Source: Paragordius varius
Lineage: Eukaryota; Animalia; Nematomorpha
Direction: 5' to 3'
Length of the DNA: 64,000 bases
Assembly: GCA_964247055.1 (NCBI GenBank)
Contig: OZ176055.1
Location: forward strand, 10,044,001-10,108,000
A model generated the notes under the pieces. The model was not told the DNA's origin. It did not search any database and saw only the letters and a program-made list of their open reading frames with translations. Positions 10,777-24,979 of the stretch are shown here, one piece after another. Both the position numbers and the translations under genes were made by a program. Each line of letters opens with the position of its first letter. The first letter of the stretch is position 1.

Positions 10777-13700
10777 TTTTGATGTAACTGGCTTTATGGA
10801 TTATCATAGATAGAGTTTACATCCATCCGTCACCGAAACCACCCCTTTTCAGTATTAGGATAGATGGAGTTAGGAATGTTGGAGAACTGATTTTGATATA
10901 ACTGTGTTAATGGATTATCGTATTTGAGTTTACATCCATCCGTGACCGAAACCACCCCTTTTCAGTATTAGGATAGATGGAGTTAGTGTTGGACAACTGA
11001 TTTTCATGTAACTGTGTTAATGGATTATCGTATTAGAGTTTACATCCATCCGTCACCGAAACCACCCCTTTTCAGTATTAGGATAGATGGAGTTAGGAAT
11101 GTTGGAGAACTGATTTTGATGTAACTGTGTTAATGGATTATCGTATTAGAGTTTACATCCATCCGTCACCGAAACCACCCCTTTTCAGTATTAGGATAGA
11201 TGGAGTTGGGAATGTTGGAGAACAGATTTTGATGTAACTGTGTTAATGGATTATCATATTAGAGTTTACATCCATCCGTCACCGAAACCACCCCTTTTCA
11301 GTATTAGGATAGATGGAGTTAGGAATGTTGGAGAACTGATTTTGATGTAACTGTGTTAATGGATTATCGTATTAGAGTTTACATCCATCCGTCACCGAAA
11401 CCACCCCTTTTCAGTATTAGGATAGATGGAGTTAGGAATGTTGGACAACTGATTTTGATGTAACTGTGCTATTGGATTATCGTATATTAAGTTTACATCC
11501 ATCCGTCACCGAAACCACCCCTTTTCAATATTAGGATAGATGGAGTTAAGAATGTTGGACAACTGATTTTGATGTAACTGTGCTATTGGATTATCGTATA
11601 TAGAGTTTACATCCATCCGTCACCGAAACCACCCCTTTTCAGTATTAGGATAGATGGAGTTAGTAATGTTGGACAACTGATTGATGTAACTGTGCTATTG
11701 GATTATCGTATATAGAGTTTACATCCATCCGTCACCGAAACCACCCCTTTTCAGTATTAGGATAGATGGAGTTAGTAATGTTGGACAACTGATTTTGATG
11801 TAACTGTGCTATTGGATTATCGTATATAGAGTTTACATCCATCCGTCACCGAAACCACCCCTTTTCAGTATTAGGATAGATGGAGTTAGGAATGTTGGAG
11901 AACTGATTTTGAAGTAACTGTGTTAATGGATTATCGTATTTGAGTTTACATCCATCCGTGACCGAAACCACCCCTTTTCAGTATTAGGATAGATGGAGTT
12001 AGGAATGTTGGACAACTGATTTTCATGTAACTGTGTTAATGGATTATCGTATTAGAGTTTACATCCATCCGTCACCGAAACCACCCCTTTTCAGTATTAG
12101 GATAGATGGAGTTAGGCATGTTGGACAACTGATTTTGATGTAACTGTGTTAATGGATTATCGTATTAGAGTTTACATCCATCCGTAACCGAAACCACCCC
12201 TTTTCAGTATTAGGATAGATGGAGTTAGGAATGTTGGACAACTGATTTTCATGTAACTGTGTTAATGGATTATCGTATTAGAGTTTACATCCATCCGTCA
12301 CCGAAACCACCCCTTTTCAGTATTAGGATAGATGGAGTTAGGACAACTGATTTTGGAACTGTGTTAATGGATTATCGTATTTGAGTTTACATCCATCCGT
12401 AACCGAAGCCACACCTTTTCAGTATTAGGATAGATGGAGTTAGGCATGTTGGACAACTGATTTTGATGTAACTGTGTTAATGGATTATCGTATTAGAGTT
12501 TACATCCATCCGTAACCGAAACCACCCCTTTTCAGTATTAGGATAGATGGAGTTAGGAATGTTGGACAACTGATTTTCATGTAACTGTGTTAATGGATTA
12601 TCGTATTAGAGTTTACATCCATCCGTCACCGAAACCACCCCTTTTCAGTATTAGGATAGATGGAGTTAGGACAACTGATTTTGGAACTGTGTTAATGGAT
12701 TATCGTATTTGAGTTTACATCCATCCGTCACCGAAACCACCCCTTTTCAGTTTTAGGATAGATGGAGTTCGGAATGTTGGACAACTGATTTCGATGTAAC
12801 TGTGTTATTGGATTATCGTATATTAAGTTTACATCCATCCGTCACCGAAACCACCCCTTTTCAGTATTAGGATAGATGGAGTTAGATGTTGGACAACTGA
12901 TTTTGATGTAACTGTGCTATTGGATTATCGTATATAGAGTTTACATCCATCCGTCACCGAAACCACCCCTTTTCAGTATTAGGATAGATGGAGTTAGTAA
13001 TGTTGGACAACTGATTTTGATGTAACTGTGTTATTGGATTATCGTATATAGAGTTTACATCCATCCGTCACCGAAATCACCCCTTTTCAGTATTAGGATA
13101 GATGGAGTTAGGAATGTTGGACAACTGATTTTCATGTAACTGTGTTAATGGATTATCGTATTAGAGTTTACATCCATCCGTCACCGAAACCACCCCTTTT
13201 CAGTATTAGGATAGATGGAGTTAGGAATGTTGGAGAACTGATTTTGATGTAACTGTGTTAATGAATTATCGTATTTGAGTTTACATCCATCCGTCACCGA
13301 AACCACCCCTTTTCAGTATTAGGATAGATGAAGTTAGGAATGTTGGACAACTGATTTTCATGTAACTGTGTTAATGGATTATCGTATTAGAGTTTACATC
13401 CATCCGTCACCGAAACCACCCCTTTTCAGTATTAGGACAGATGGAGTTAGGAATGTTGGACAACTGATTTTGATGTAGTGTTAATGGATTATCGTATTAG
13501 AGTTTACATCCATCCGTAACCGAAACCACCCCTTTTCAGTATTAGGATAGATGGAGTTAGGAATGTTGGACAACTGATTTTCATGTAACTGTGTTAATGG
13601 ATTATCGTATTAGAGTTTACATCCATCCGTCACCGAAACCACCCCTTTTCAGTATTAGGATAGATGGAGTTAGGCATGTTGGACAACTGATTTTGATGTA

Positions 13701-16700
13701 ACTGTGTTAATGGATTATCGTATTAGAGTTTACATCCATCCGTAACCGAAACCACCCCTTTTCAGTATTAGGATAGATGGAGTTAGGAATGTTGGACAAC
13801 TGATTTTCATGTAACTGTGTTAATGGATTATCGTATTAGAGTTTACATCCATCCGTCACCGAAACCACCCCTTTTCAGTATTAGGATAGATGGAGTTAGG
13901 AATGGACAACTGATTTTGGAACTGTGTTAATGGATTATCGTATTTGAGTTTACATCCATCCGTAACCGAAGCCACACCTTTTCAGTATTAGGATAGATGG
14001 AGTTAGGAATGTTGGACAACTGATTTTGATGTAACTGTGTTAGATTATCGTATTTGAGTTTACATCCATCCGTCACCGAAACCACCCCTTTTCAGTTTTA
14101 GGATAGATGGAGTTAGGAATGTTGGACAACTGATTTTGATGTAACTGTGTTAATGGATTATCGTATATAGAGTTTACATCCATCCGTCACCGAAATCACC
14201 CCTTTTCAGTATTAGGATAGATGGAGTTAGGAATGTTGGACAACTGATTTTGATGTAACTGTGTTAGATTATCGTATTTGAGTTTACATCCATCCGTCAC
14301 CGAAACCACCCCTTTTCAGTTTTAGGATAGATGGAGTTCGGAATGTTGGACAACTGATTTCGATGTAACTGTGTTATTGGATTATCGTATATTAAGTTTA
14401 CATCCATCCGTCACCGAAACCACCCCTTTTCAGTATTAGGATAGATGGAGTTAGATGTTGGACAACTGATTTTGATGTAACTGTGCTATTGGATTATCGT
14501 ATATAGAGTTTACATCCATCCGTCACCGAAACCACCCCTTTTCAGTATTAGGATAGATGGAGTTAGTAATGTTGGACAACTGATTTTGATGTAACTGTGT
14601 TATTGGATTATCGTATATAGAGTTTACATCCATCCGTCACCGAAATCACCCCTTTTCAGTATTAGGATAGATGGAGTTAGGAATGTTGGACAACTGATTT
14701 TGATGTAACTGCGTTAGATTATCGTATTTGAGTTTACATCCATCCGTCACCGAAACCACCCCTTTTCAGTTTTAGGATAGATGGAGTTCGGAATGTTGGA
14801 CAACTGATTTCGATGTAACTGTGTTATTGGATTATCGTATATTAAGTTTACATCCATCCGTCACCGAAACCACCCCTTTTCAGTATTAGGATAGATGGAG
14901 TTAGGAATGTTGGACAACTGATTTTGATGTAACTGTGCTATTGGATTATCGTATATAGAGTTTACATCCATCCGTCACCGAAACCACCCCTTTTCAGTAT
15001 TAGGATAGATGGAGTTAGGAATGTTGGACAACTGATTTTGATGTAACTGTGTTATTGGATTATCGTATATAGAGTTTACATCCATCCGTCACCGAAACCA
15101 CCCCTTATCAGTATTAGGATAGATGGAGTTAGGAATGTTGGACAACTGATTTTGATGTAACTGTGCTATTGGATTATCGTATATTAAGTTTACATCCATC
15201 CGTCACCGAAACCACCCCTTTTCAGTTTTAGGATAGATGGAGTTAGTAATGTTGGACAACTGATTTTGATGTAACTGTGCTATTGGATTATCGTATATTA
15301 AGTTTACATCCATACGTCACTGAAACCACCCCTTTTCAGTATTAGGATAGATGGAGTTAGGAATGTTGGACAACTGATTTCGATGTAACTGTGTTAATAG
15401 ATTATCGTATATTAAGTTTACATCCATCTGTCACCGAAACCACCCCTTTTCAGTATTAGGATAGATGGAGTTAGGAATGTTGGACAACTGATTTCGATGT
15501 AACTGTGTTAATAGATTATCGTATATTAAGTTTACATCCATCTGTCACCGAAACCACCCCTTTTCAGTATTAGGATAGATGGAGTTAAGAATGTTGGACA
15601 ACTGATTTTGATGTAACTGTGCTATTGGATTATCGTATATTAAGTTTACATCCATACGTCACTGAAACCACCCCTTTTCAGTATTAGGATAGATGGAGTT
15701 AGGAATGTTGGACAACTGATTTTGATGTAACTGTGCTATTGGATTATCGTATATAGAGTTTACATCCATCCGTCACCGAAACCACCCCTTTTCAGTATTA
15801 GGATAGATGGAGTTAGGAATGTTGGACAACTGATTTTGATGTAACTGTGCTATTGGATTATCGTATATAGAGTTTACATCCATCCGTCACCGAAACCACC
15901 CCTTTTCAGTATTAGGATAGATGGAGTTAGTAATGTTGGACAACTGATTTTGATGTAACTGTGTTAATGGATTATCGTATATAGAGTTTACATCCATCCG
16001 TCACCGAAACCACCCCTTTTCAGTATTAGGATAGATGGAGTTAAGAATGTTGGACAACTGATTTTGATGTAACTGTGCTATTGGATTATCGTATATTAAG
16101 TTTACATCCATACGTCACTGAAACCACCCCTTTTCAATATTAGGATAGATGGAGTTAGGAATGTTGGACAACTGATTTTGATGTAACTGTGTTAATGGAT
16201 TATCGTATATTAAGTTTACATCCATCCGTCACCGAAACCACCCCTTTTCAATATTAGGATAGATGGAGTTAGGAATGTTGGACAACTGATTTTGATGTAA
16301 CTGTGCTATTGGATTATCGTATATTAAGTTTACATCCATCCGTCACCGAAACCACCCCTTTTCAGTATTAGGATAGATGGAGTTAGGAATGTTGGACAAC
16401 TGATTTTGATGTAACTGTGCTATTGGATTATCGTATATTAAGTTTACATCCATCCGTCACCGAAACCACCCCTTTTCAATATTAGGATAGATGGAGTTAG
16501 GAATGTTGGACAACTGATTTTGATGTAACTGTGCTATTGGATTATCGTATATTAAGTTTACATCCATCCGTCACCGAAACCACCCCTTTTCAGTATTAGG
16601 ATAGATGGAGTTAGGAATGTTGGACAACTGATTTTGATGTAACTGTGCTATTGGATTATCGTATATTAAGTTTACATCCATACGTCACTGAAACCACCCC

Positions 16701-19700
16701 TTTTCAATATTAGGATAGATGGAGTTAGGAATGTTGGACAACTGATTTTGATGTAACTGTGCTATTGGATTATCGTATATTAAGTTTACATCCATCCGTC
16801 ACCGAAACCACCCCTTTTCAGTATTAGGATAGATGGAGTTAGTAATGTTGGACAACTGATTTTGATGTAACTGTGTTAATGGATTATCGTATATAGAGTT
16901 TACATCCATCCGTCACCGAAACCACCCCTTTTCAGTATTAGGATAGATGGAGTTAAGAATGTTGGACAACTGATTTTGATGTAACTGTGCTATTGGATTA
17001 TCGTATATTAAGTTTACATCCATACGTCACTGAAACCACCCCTTTTCAATATTAGGATAGATGGAGTTAGGAATGTTGGACAACTGATTTTGATGTAACT
17101 GTGTTAATGGATTATCGTATATTAAGTTTACATCCATCCGTCACCGAAACCACCCCTTTTCAGTATTAGGATAGATGGAGTTAAGAATGTTGGACAACTG
17201 ATTTTGATGTAACTGTGCTATTGGATTATCGTATATTAAGTTTACATCCATCCGTCACCGAAACCCCCCTTTTCAATATTAGGATAGATGGAGTTAGGAA
17301 TGTTGGACAACTGATTTTGATGTAACTGTGCTATTGGATTATCGTATATTAAGTTTACATCCATCCGTCACCGAAACCACCCCTTTTCAGTATTAGGATA
17401 GATGGAGTTAGGAATGTTGGACAACTGATTTTGATGTAACTGTGTTAATGGATTATCGTATATTAAGTTTACATCCATTCGTCACCGAAACCACCCCTTT
17501 TCAGTATTAGGATAGATGGAGTTAAGAATGTTGGACAACTGATTTTGATGTAACTGTGCTATTGGATTATCGTATATAGAGTTTACATCCATCCGTCACC
17601 GAAACCACCCCTTTTCAGTATTAGGATAGATGGAGTTAGGAATGTTGGACAACTGATTTTGATGTAACTGTGTTAATGGATTATCGTATATTAAGTTTAC
17701 ATCCATCCGTCACCGAAACCACCCCTTTTCAGTATTAGGATAGATGGAGTTAAGAATGTTGGACAACTGATTTTGATGTAACTGTGCTATTGGATTATCG
17801 TATATTAAGTTTACATCCATCCGTCACCGAAACCCCCCTTTTCAATATTAGGATAGATGGAGTTAGGAATGTTGGACAACTGATTTTGATGTAACTGTGC
17901 TATTGGATTATCGTATATTAAGTTTACATCCATCCGTCACCGAAACCACCCCTTTTCAGTATTAGGATAGATGGAGTTAGGAATGTTGGACAACTGATTT
18001 TGATGTAACTGTGTTAATGGATTATCGTATATTAAGTTTACATCCATTCGTCACCGAAACCACCCCTTTTCAGTATTAGGATAGATGGAGTTAAAAATGT
18101 TGGACAACTGATTTTGATGTAACTGTGCTATTGGATTATCGTATATTAAGTTTACATCCATCCGTCACCGAAACCCCCCTTTTCAATATTAGGATAGATG
18201 GAGTTAGGAATGTTGGACAACTGATTTTGATGTAACTGTGCTATTGGATTATCGTATATTAAGTTTACATCCATCCGTCACCGAAACCACCCCTTTTCAG
18301 TATTAGGATAGATGGAGTTAGTAATGTTGGACAACTGATTTTGATGTAACTGTGCTATTGGATTATCGTATATAGAGTTTACATCCATCCGTCACCGAAA
18401 CCACCCCTTTTCAGTATTAGGATAGATGGAGTTAAGAATGTTGGACAACTGATTTTGATGTAACTGTGTTAATGGATTATCGTATATTAAGTTTACATCC
18501 ATCCGTCACCGAAACCACCCCTTTTCAGTATTAGGATAGATGGAGTTAAGAATGTTGGACAACTGATTTTGATGTAACTGTGCTATTGGATTATCGTATA
18601 TTAAGTTTACATCCATCCGTCACCGAAACCACCCCTTTTCAATATTAGGATAGATGGAGTTAGGAATGTTGGACAACTGATTTTGATGTAACTGTGCTAT
18701 TGGATTATCGTATATTAAGTTTACATCCATCCGTCACCGAAACCACCCCTTTTCAATATTAGGATAGATGGAGTTAGGAATGTTGGACAACTGATTTTGA
18801 TGTAACTGTGCTATTGGATTATCGTATATTAAGTTTACATCCATCCGTCACCGAAACCACCCCTTTTCAATATTAGGATAGATGGAGTTAAGAATGTTGG
18901 ACAACTGATTTTGATGTAACTGTGCTATTGGATTATCGTATATAGAGTTTACATCCATCCGTCACCGAAACCACCCCTTTTCAGTATTAGGATAGATGGA
19001 GTTAAGAATGTTGGACAACTGATTTTGATGTAACTGTGCTATTGGATTATCGTATATTAAGTTTACATCCATCCGTCACCGAAACCACCCCTTTTCAATA
19101 TTAGGATAGATGGAGTTAGGAATGTTGGACAACTGATTTTGATGTAACTGTGCTATTGGATTATCGTATATTAAGTTTACATCCATCCGTCACCGAAACC
19201 ACCCCTTTTCAATATTAGGATAGATGGAGTTAGGAATGTTGGACAACTGATTTTGATGTAACTGTGCTATTGGATTATCGTATATTAAGTTTACATCCAT
19301 CCGTCACCGAAATCACCCCTTTTCAATATTAGGATAGATGGAGTTAGGAATGTTGGACAACTGATTTTGATGTAACTGTGTTAATGGATTATCGTATATT
19401 AAGTTTACATCCATCCGTCACCGAAACCACCCCTTTTCAATATTAGGATAGATGGAGTTAGGAATGTTGGACAACTGATTTTGATGTAACTGTGTTAATG
19501 GATTATCGTATATTAAGTTTACATCCATCCGTCACCGAAACCACCCCTTTTCAGTATTAGGATAGATGGAGTTAGGAATGTTGGACAACTGATTTTGATG
19601 CAACTGTGTTAATAGATTATCGTATATTAAGTTTACATCCATCCGTCACCGAAACCACCCCTTTTCAGTATTAGGATAGATGGAGTTAGTAATGTTGGAC

Positions 19701-22302
19701 AACTGATTTTGATGTAACTGTGCTATTGGATTATCGTATATTAAGTTTACATCCATCCGTCACCGAAACCACCCCTTTTCAATATTAGGATAGATGGAGT
19801 TAGGAATGTTGGACAACTGATTTTGATGTAACTGTGCTATTGGATTATCGTATATTAAGTTTACATCCATCCGTCACCGAAACCACCCCTTTTCAATATT
19901 AGGATAGATGGAGTTAAGAATGTTGGACAACTGATTTTGATGTAACTGTGCTATTGGATTATCGTATATAGAGTTTACATCCATCCGTCACCGAAACCAC
20001 CCCTTTTCAATATTAGGATAGATGGAGTTAGGAATGTTGGACAACTGATTTTGATGTAACTGTGCTATTGGATTATCGTATATTAAGTTTACATCCATCC
20101 GTCACCGAAACCACCCCTTTTCAATATTAGGATAGATGGAGTTAGGAATGTTGGACAACTGATTTTGATGTAACTGTGCTATTGGATTATCGTATATTAA
20201 GTTTACATCCATCCGTCACCGAAACCACCCCTTTTCAGTATTAGGATAGATGGAGTTAAGAATGTTGGACAACTGATTTTGATGTAACTGTGCTATTGGA
20301 TTATCGTATATTAAGTTTACATCCATCCGTCACCGAAACCACCCCTTTTCAATATTAGGATAGATGGAGTTAGGAATGTTGGACAACTGATTTTGATGTA
20401 ACTGTGCTATTGGATTATCGTATATTAAGTTTACATCCATCCGTCACCGAAACCACCCCTTTTCAATATTAGGATAGATGGAGTTAGGAATGTTGGACAA
20501 CTGATTTTGATGTAACTGTGCTATTGGATTATCGTATATTAAGTTTACATCCATCCGTCACCGAAACCACCCCTTTTCAATATTAGGATAGATGGAGTTA
20601 GGAATGTTGGACAACTGATTTTGATGTAACTGTGTTAATGGATTATCGTATATTAAGTTTACATCCATCCGTCACCGAAACCACCCCTTTTCAATATTAG
20701 GATAGATGGAGTTAGGAATGTTGGACAACTGATTTTGATGTAACTGTGCTATTGGATTATCGTATATTAAGTTTACATCCATCCGTCACCGAAACCACCC
20801 CTTTTCAATATTAGGATAGATGGAGTTAAGAATGTTGGACAACTGATTTTGATGTAACTGTGCTATTGGATTATCGTATATAGAGTTTACATCCATCCGT
20901 CACCGAAACCACCCCTTTTCAGTATTAGGATAGATGGAGTTAGTAATGTTGGACAACTGATTGATGTAACTGTGCTATTGGATTATCGTATATTAAGTTT
21001 ACATCCATCCGTCACCGAAACCACCCCTTTTCAATATTAGGATAGATGGAGTTAGGAATGTTGGACAACTGATTTTGATGTAACTGTGCAATTGGATTAT
21101 CGTATATTAAGTTTACATCCATCCGTCACCGAAACCACCCCTTTTCAGTATTAGGATAGATGGAGTTAGGAATGTTGGACAACTGATTTTGATGTAACTG
21201 TGTTAATGGATTATCGTATATTAAGTTTACATCCATCCGTCACCGAAACCACCCCTTTTCAGTATTAGGATAGATGGAGTTAAGAATGTTGGACAACTGA
21301 TTTTGATGTAACTGTGCTATTGGATTATCGTATATTAAGTTTACATCCATCCGTCACCGAAACCACCCCTTTTCAATATTAGGATAGATGGAGTTAGGAA
21401 TGTTGGACAACTGATTTTGATGTAACTGTGCAATTGGATTATCGTATATTAAGTTTACATCCATCCGTCACCGAAACCACCCCTTTTCAGTATTAGGATA
21501 GATGGAGTTAGGAATGTTGGACAACTGATTTTGATGTAACTGTGTTAATGGATTATCGTATATTAAGTTTACATCCATCCGTCACCGAAACCACCCCTTT
21601 TCAGTATTAGGATAGATGGAGTTAAGAATGTTGGACAACTGATTTTGATGTAACTGTGCTATTGGATTATCGTATATTAAGTTTACATCCATCCGTCACC
21701 GAAACCACCCCTTTTCAATATTAGGATAGATGGAGTTAGGAATGTTGGACAACTGATTTTGATGTAACTGTGCAATTGGATTATCGTATATTAAGTTTAC
21801 ATCCATCCGTCACCGAAACCACCCCTTTTCAGTATTAGGATAGATGGAGTTAGGAATGTTGGACAACTGATTTTGATGTAACTGTGTTAATGGATTATCG
21901 TATATTAAGTTTACATCCATCTGTCACCGAAACCACCCCTTTTCAGTATTAGGATAGATGGAGTTAGTAATGTTGGACAACTGATTTTGATGTAACTGTG
22001 CTATTGGATTATCGTATATTAAGTTTACATCCATCCGTCACCGAAACCACCCCTTTTCAGTATTAGGATAGATGGAGTTAGGAATGTTGGACAACTGATT
22101 TTGATGTAACTGTGCTATTGGATTATCGTATATTAAGTTTACATCCATCCGTCACCGAAACCACCCCTTTTCAGTATTAGGATAGATGGAGTTAGGAATG
22201 TTGGACAACTGATTTTGATGTAACTGTGCTATTGGATTATCGTATATTAAGTTTACATCCATCCGTCACCGAAACCGCGACGTTTCAGTATGAGGATGGA
22301 TG
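10777..22302. repeat. Tandem satellite, ~100 copies of a 113-114 bp unit
   Basis: Unit: GAGTTTACATCCATCCGTCACCGAAACCACCCCTTTTCAGTATTAGGATAGATGGAGTTAGGAATGTTGGACAACTGATTTTGATGTAACTGTGTTAATGGATTATCGTATTA (e.g. starts at 10813 and 10926). Head-to-tail with no unique spacers; copy number = length/unit. Confidence 0.98.
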
Positions 22303-22913
22303 AAGGTGAATTATTGTTAAAATTAAAAAAACATTAAATTTAATAAAATGATTGTTGCTCAAATTATAGGAGTTCATGCTTATAACAATTATTTAAATAG
22401 ATTAAAAATCCTATTATACCAAATATTTGACGTTCAAGACATTAAAATAAAAGACAAATTTTTATATTAAAAACAACCATACATATAACCTAGATATCGT
22501 TGTTTTAGCTATTTCGTATGTATAGTTACGCCATATTGCAAGATATTTCCTACATAAATTATATAATTGCAAAAGTTATATAATTGAGATAAATCCCTGT
22601 TTCACATAAAGAGATGATAAATTTAAAGGGAATTAAGAGAAGATATGGTTAATTTTTTGTAAAAAATTATTTAATTTTAACACGTTGTCTTTGCAGTGCA
22701 AATTACTCTAAATTTCCCTCAATAATGAATAAAAAATGCTATAAATTCATTTCAAAGTATTACCCTATATCCAAGATGATAACTTATAATAGCCTAATTT
22801 TTGGGAAATATTTTTGAAACTTTTTGCTTGATATCAACCTACTTTAGGGCTCTCATATTTACATGACAATCAAATATTCTATTTCTTTAAATTGGCTTTA
22901 ATGCTATATAACA

Positions 22914-24584
22914 CAGGGCTTCTTAAACTATGGGTCCCGACCCCATTTAAGGTCGCCTAGCAAAATTATGGGGTCGCGAGCGATGAAAATACAATTTAAC
23001 AAAAAATGTTTTTTAACTTGTAAAATTTTTTATAAATTCATCGTAGATAAATATATCATAAAATCTTCTGGTTCGGAAAAACTGTTTATACCAGCATTTA
23101 AATGATCATTATATTCCATATATTATAAAAATAAAAAATTCTGGCTTTGTGATCTGTTTCCGGAAAACCGGAAGACCTATTCAAATCCAAATGTCAAAAA
23201 AATTAATCATTAATGAATGCCCCGACAATACCATAACCCATTTTTTGAATTAAGCCCCCATCGGGCCCCCGTGTAAAAAACGTTTTTTTTAAAATCAGAA
23301 GCCCACAAAAATCGTGTCTTTGAAACAATTTTCCGGAAAACGTGTAGGACCATTCGATTTCAAATATGATTTTTTTACTTTTTTTTCGATTGCGCGAACA
23401 TAGTCGGCTTACTTTAAATTTAGGCTCTATTTTTACCCGCTCCCTCCGTAAAATGCCATTTTTTTCATAAAAAACAAAATATTTTTTGCCCAGGGTATGA
23501 GACCGTTAAAATTTAGTGAGGATTCCAGGTATTCCCTATTAAAAGGCAAAAATTTTAGTCCTGCGTTTTATTAATATTGGCTGCTGGGTAAACGATAGCC
23601 GCTAAAACTGCGCCACTATATAGAAATTGCGTTGTTTTGGAGCTAATTTCCAGAAAATTTATGAGGCCATATGAGATAATTAAAAGCTTGAAATAATCGG
23701 GCTTTTATTATTAGCCGTTAATTGGGACCTTTATGCCCTAAAAATACGCCATCATGTAACGATTATTTAGTGTTGAAGTATTTTTTTGAAGAACCCATGC
23801 GATGGTATCAAAGATGATTCCAAATATTTTCCCTATAAAGGCAAAAAATTTAACTCAGCGCTTTTCCCATATAAGTCTATGGGTAGGGATCTGGTTTAGA
23901 CGCCATACAAAAATGGCGTAGTTTTGGAGCTGATTTTTAAAAAACTTAAGAAGCCATGCGAGATCAGTTAAACACATTTTTGGGGAATTTGTATAATATC
24001 ATTCTTTCTTTTAAAAAGGGACCACAAACGATTTACTTTTTATATCCCTTGGTCTCAGCTGTTGGAACACTTTTCAAAATAGACTTTTTAAACATGATTT
24101 TGTAAAACGAAAATCTTAAAATAAATCTAATGATAGTTGAATATTAACTTTAATAAGGGACAGTTGAAATATGGTCCATTTCGAGTAACAATATTTGAGC
24201 CTATGCAAAAACCCGTAAAAGAATAATTAAAGACATTCTTTTTATTACATATGTTTTTTATTATTTTTTTATCTCCATTAACTCTATTTATTGCAAATTA
24301 TTAAGAATGATTATCGGTGAGACTACGTCACAGCGAAGCGTGACAGGGCCCGCTAGTATCTTGTATAAATTTACTATTAATCAGAAAATATTCTAGAAAT
24401 TTATAAAAAAATTTAGATTTTTTGTCAATCTCTTTAAACCAAAACAATCCTGATAAATATTATCAACAAAATTTCTAAGTGTTATTTTGAAGAAACTATT
24501 ATTTTTCTTTTATATTTGTTGGGGTCGTGAAGAAACTCGCAATCATAAATGGGGTGGGAAACTACAAAAGTTTAAGAAGCCCGG
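22914..24584. mobile_element. Non-autonomous hAT element (MITE) with 8-bp TSD, interrupted by a Helitron
   Basis: TIR CAGGGCTTCTTAAACT (22914-22929) / AGTTTAAGAAGCCCGG (24569-24584, 1 mismatch); identical 8-bp flanks ATATAACA at 22906-22913 and 24585-24592. Confidence 0.9.
23106..24356 (+). mobile_element. Non-autonomous Helitron nested in the hAT MITE
   Basis: Canonical 3' end: hairpin GTCAC-A-GC-GAA-GC-GTGAC (24327-24344), then CTAG (24353-24356) followed by T. 5' end inferred at A|TC 23106 (alternatively TCCATATATTATAAAA at 23115). No Rep/helicase ORF. Confidence 0.7.
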
Positions 24585-24979
24585 ATATAACATATAATAT
24601 TCAGAATAATAAATTAGATTTGGCAGAAATATGAATTTTTAAAATATTAATAAATGAAATTTTTTTACTGATTATACATGTCTTTATAAATAATTATTAT
24701 AGGCCTAAAAGTGAATCACACAACAATATAAGGGCTGTCTGTGAACGATAAATGTTTCATTAGTTTTTGTAAACATCACAAGGATTAATTTTTTTAATTT
24801 AACAAAATAGATTCCCACATCAAGTGGAATTATTTAAATTTCGCTAACAACGTATACTTTGTAATTAAATAATTAAAAAGGACATTCATCATCACGTTTT
24901 TTATCTAACAAAATTAACTGATAAATATCTTCATGTGTTATATATAATAAAATTTATTAAATAAAACATGATCAATTAA

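Noticed and set aside
10813-10926. Hammerhead ribozyme in the satellite unit (CGAAAC present)
   Set aside because: The required CUGANGA core is absent (CTGATTT instead) and I could not build the three-way junction on either strand.
10777-22302. CRISPR array
   Set aside because: No unique spacers, whole 113-114 bp units repeat, no cas genes, eukaryotic context.
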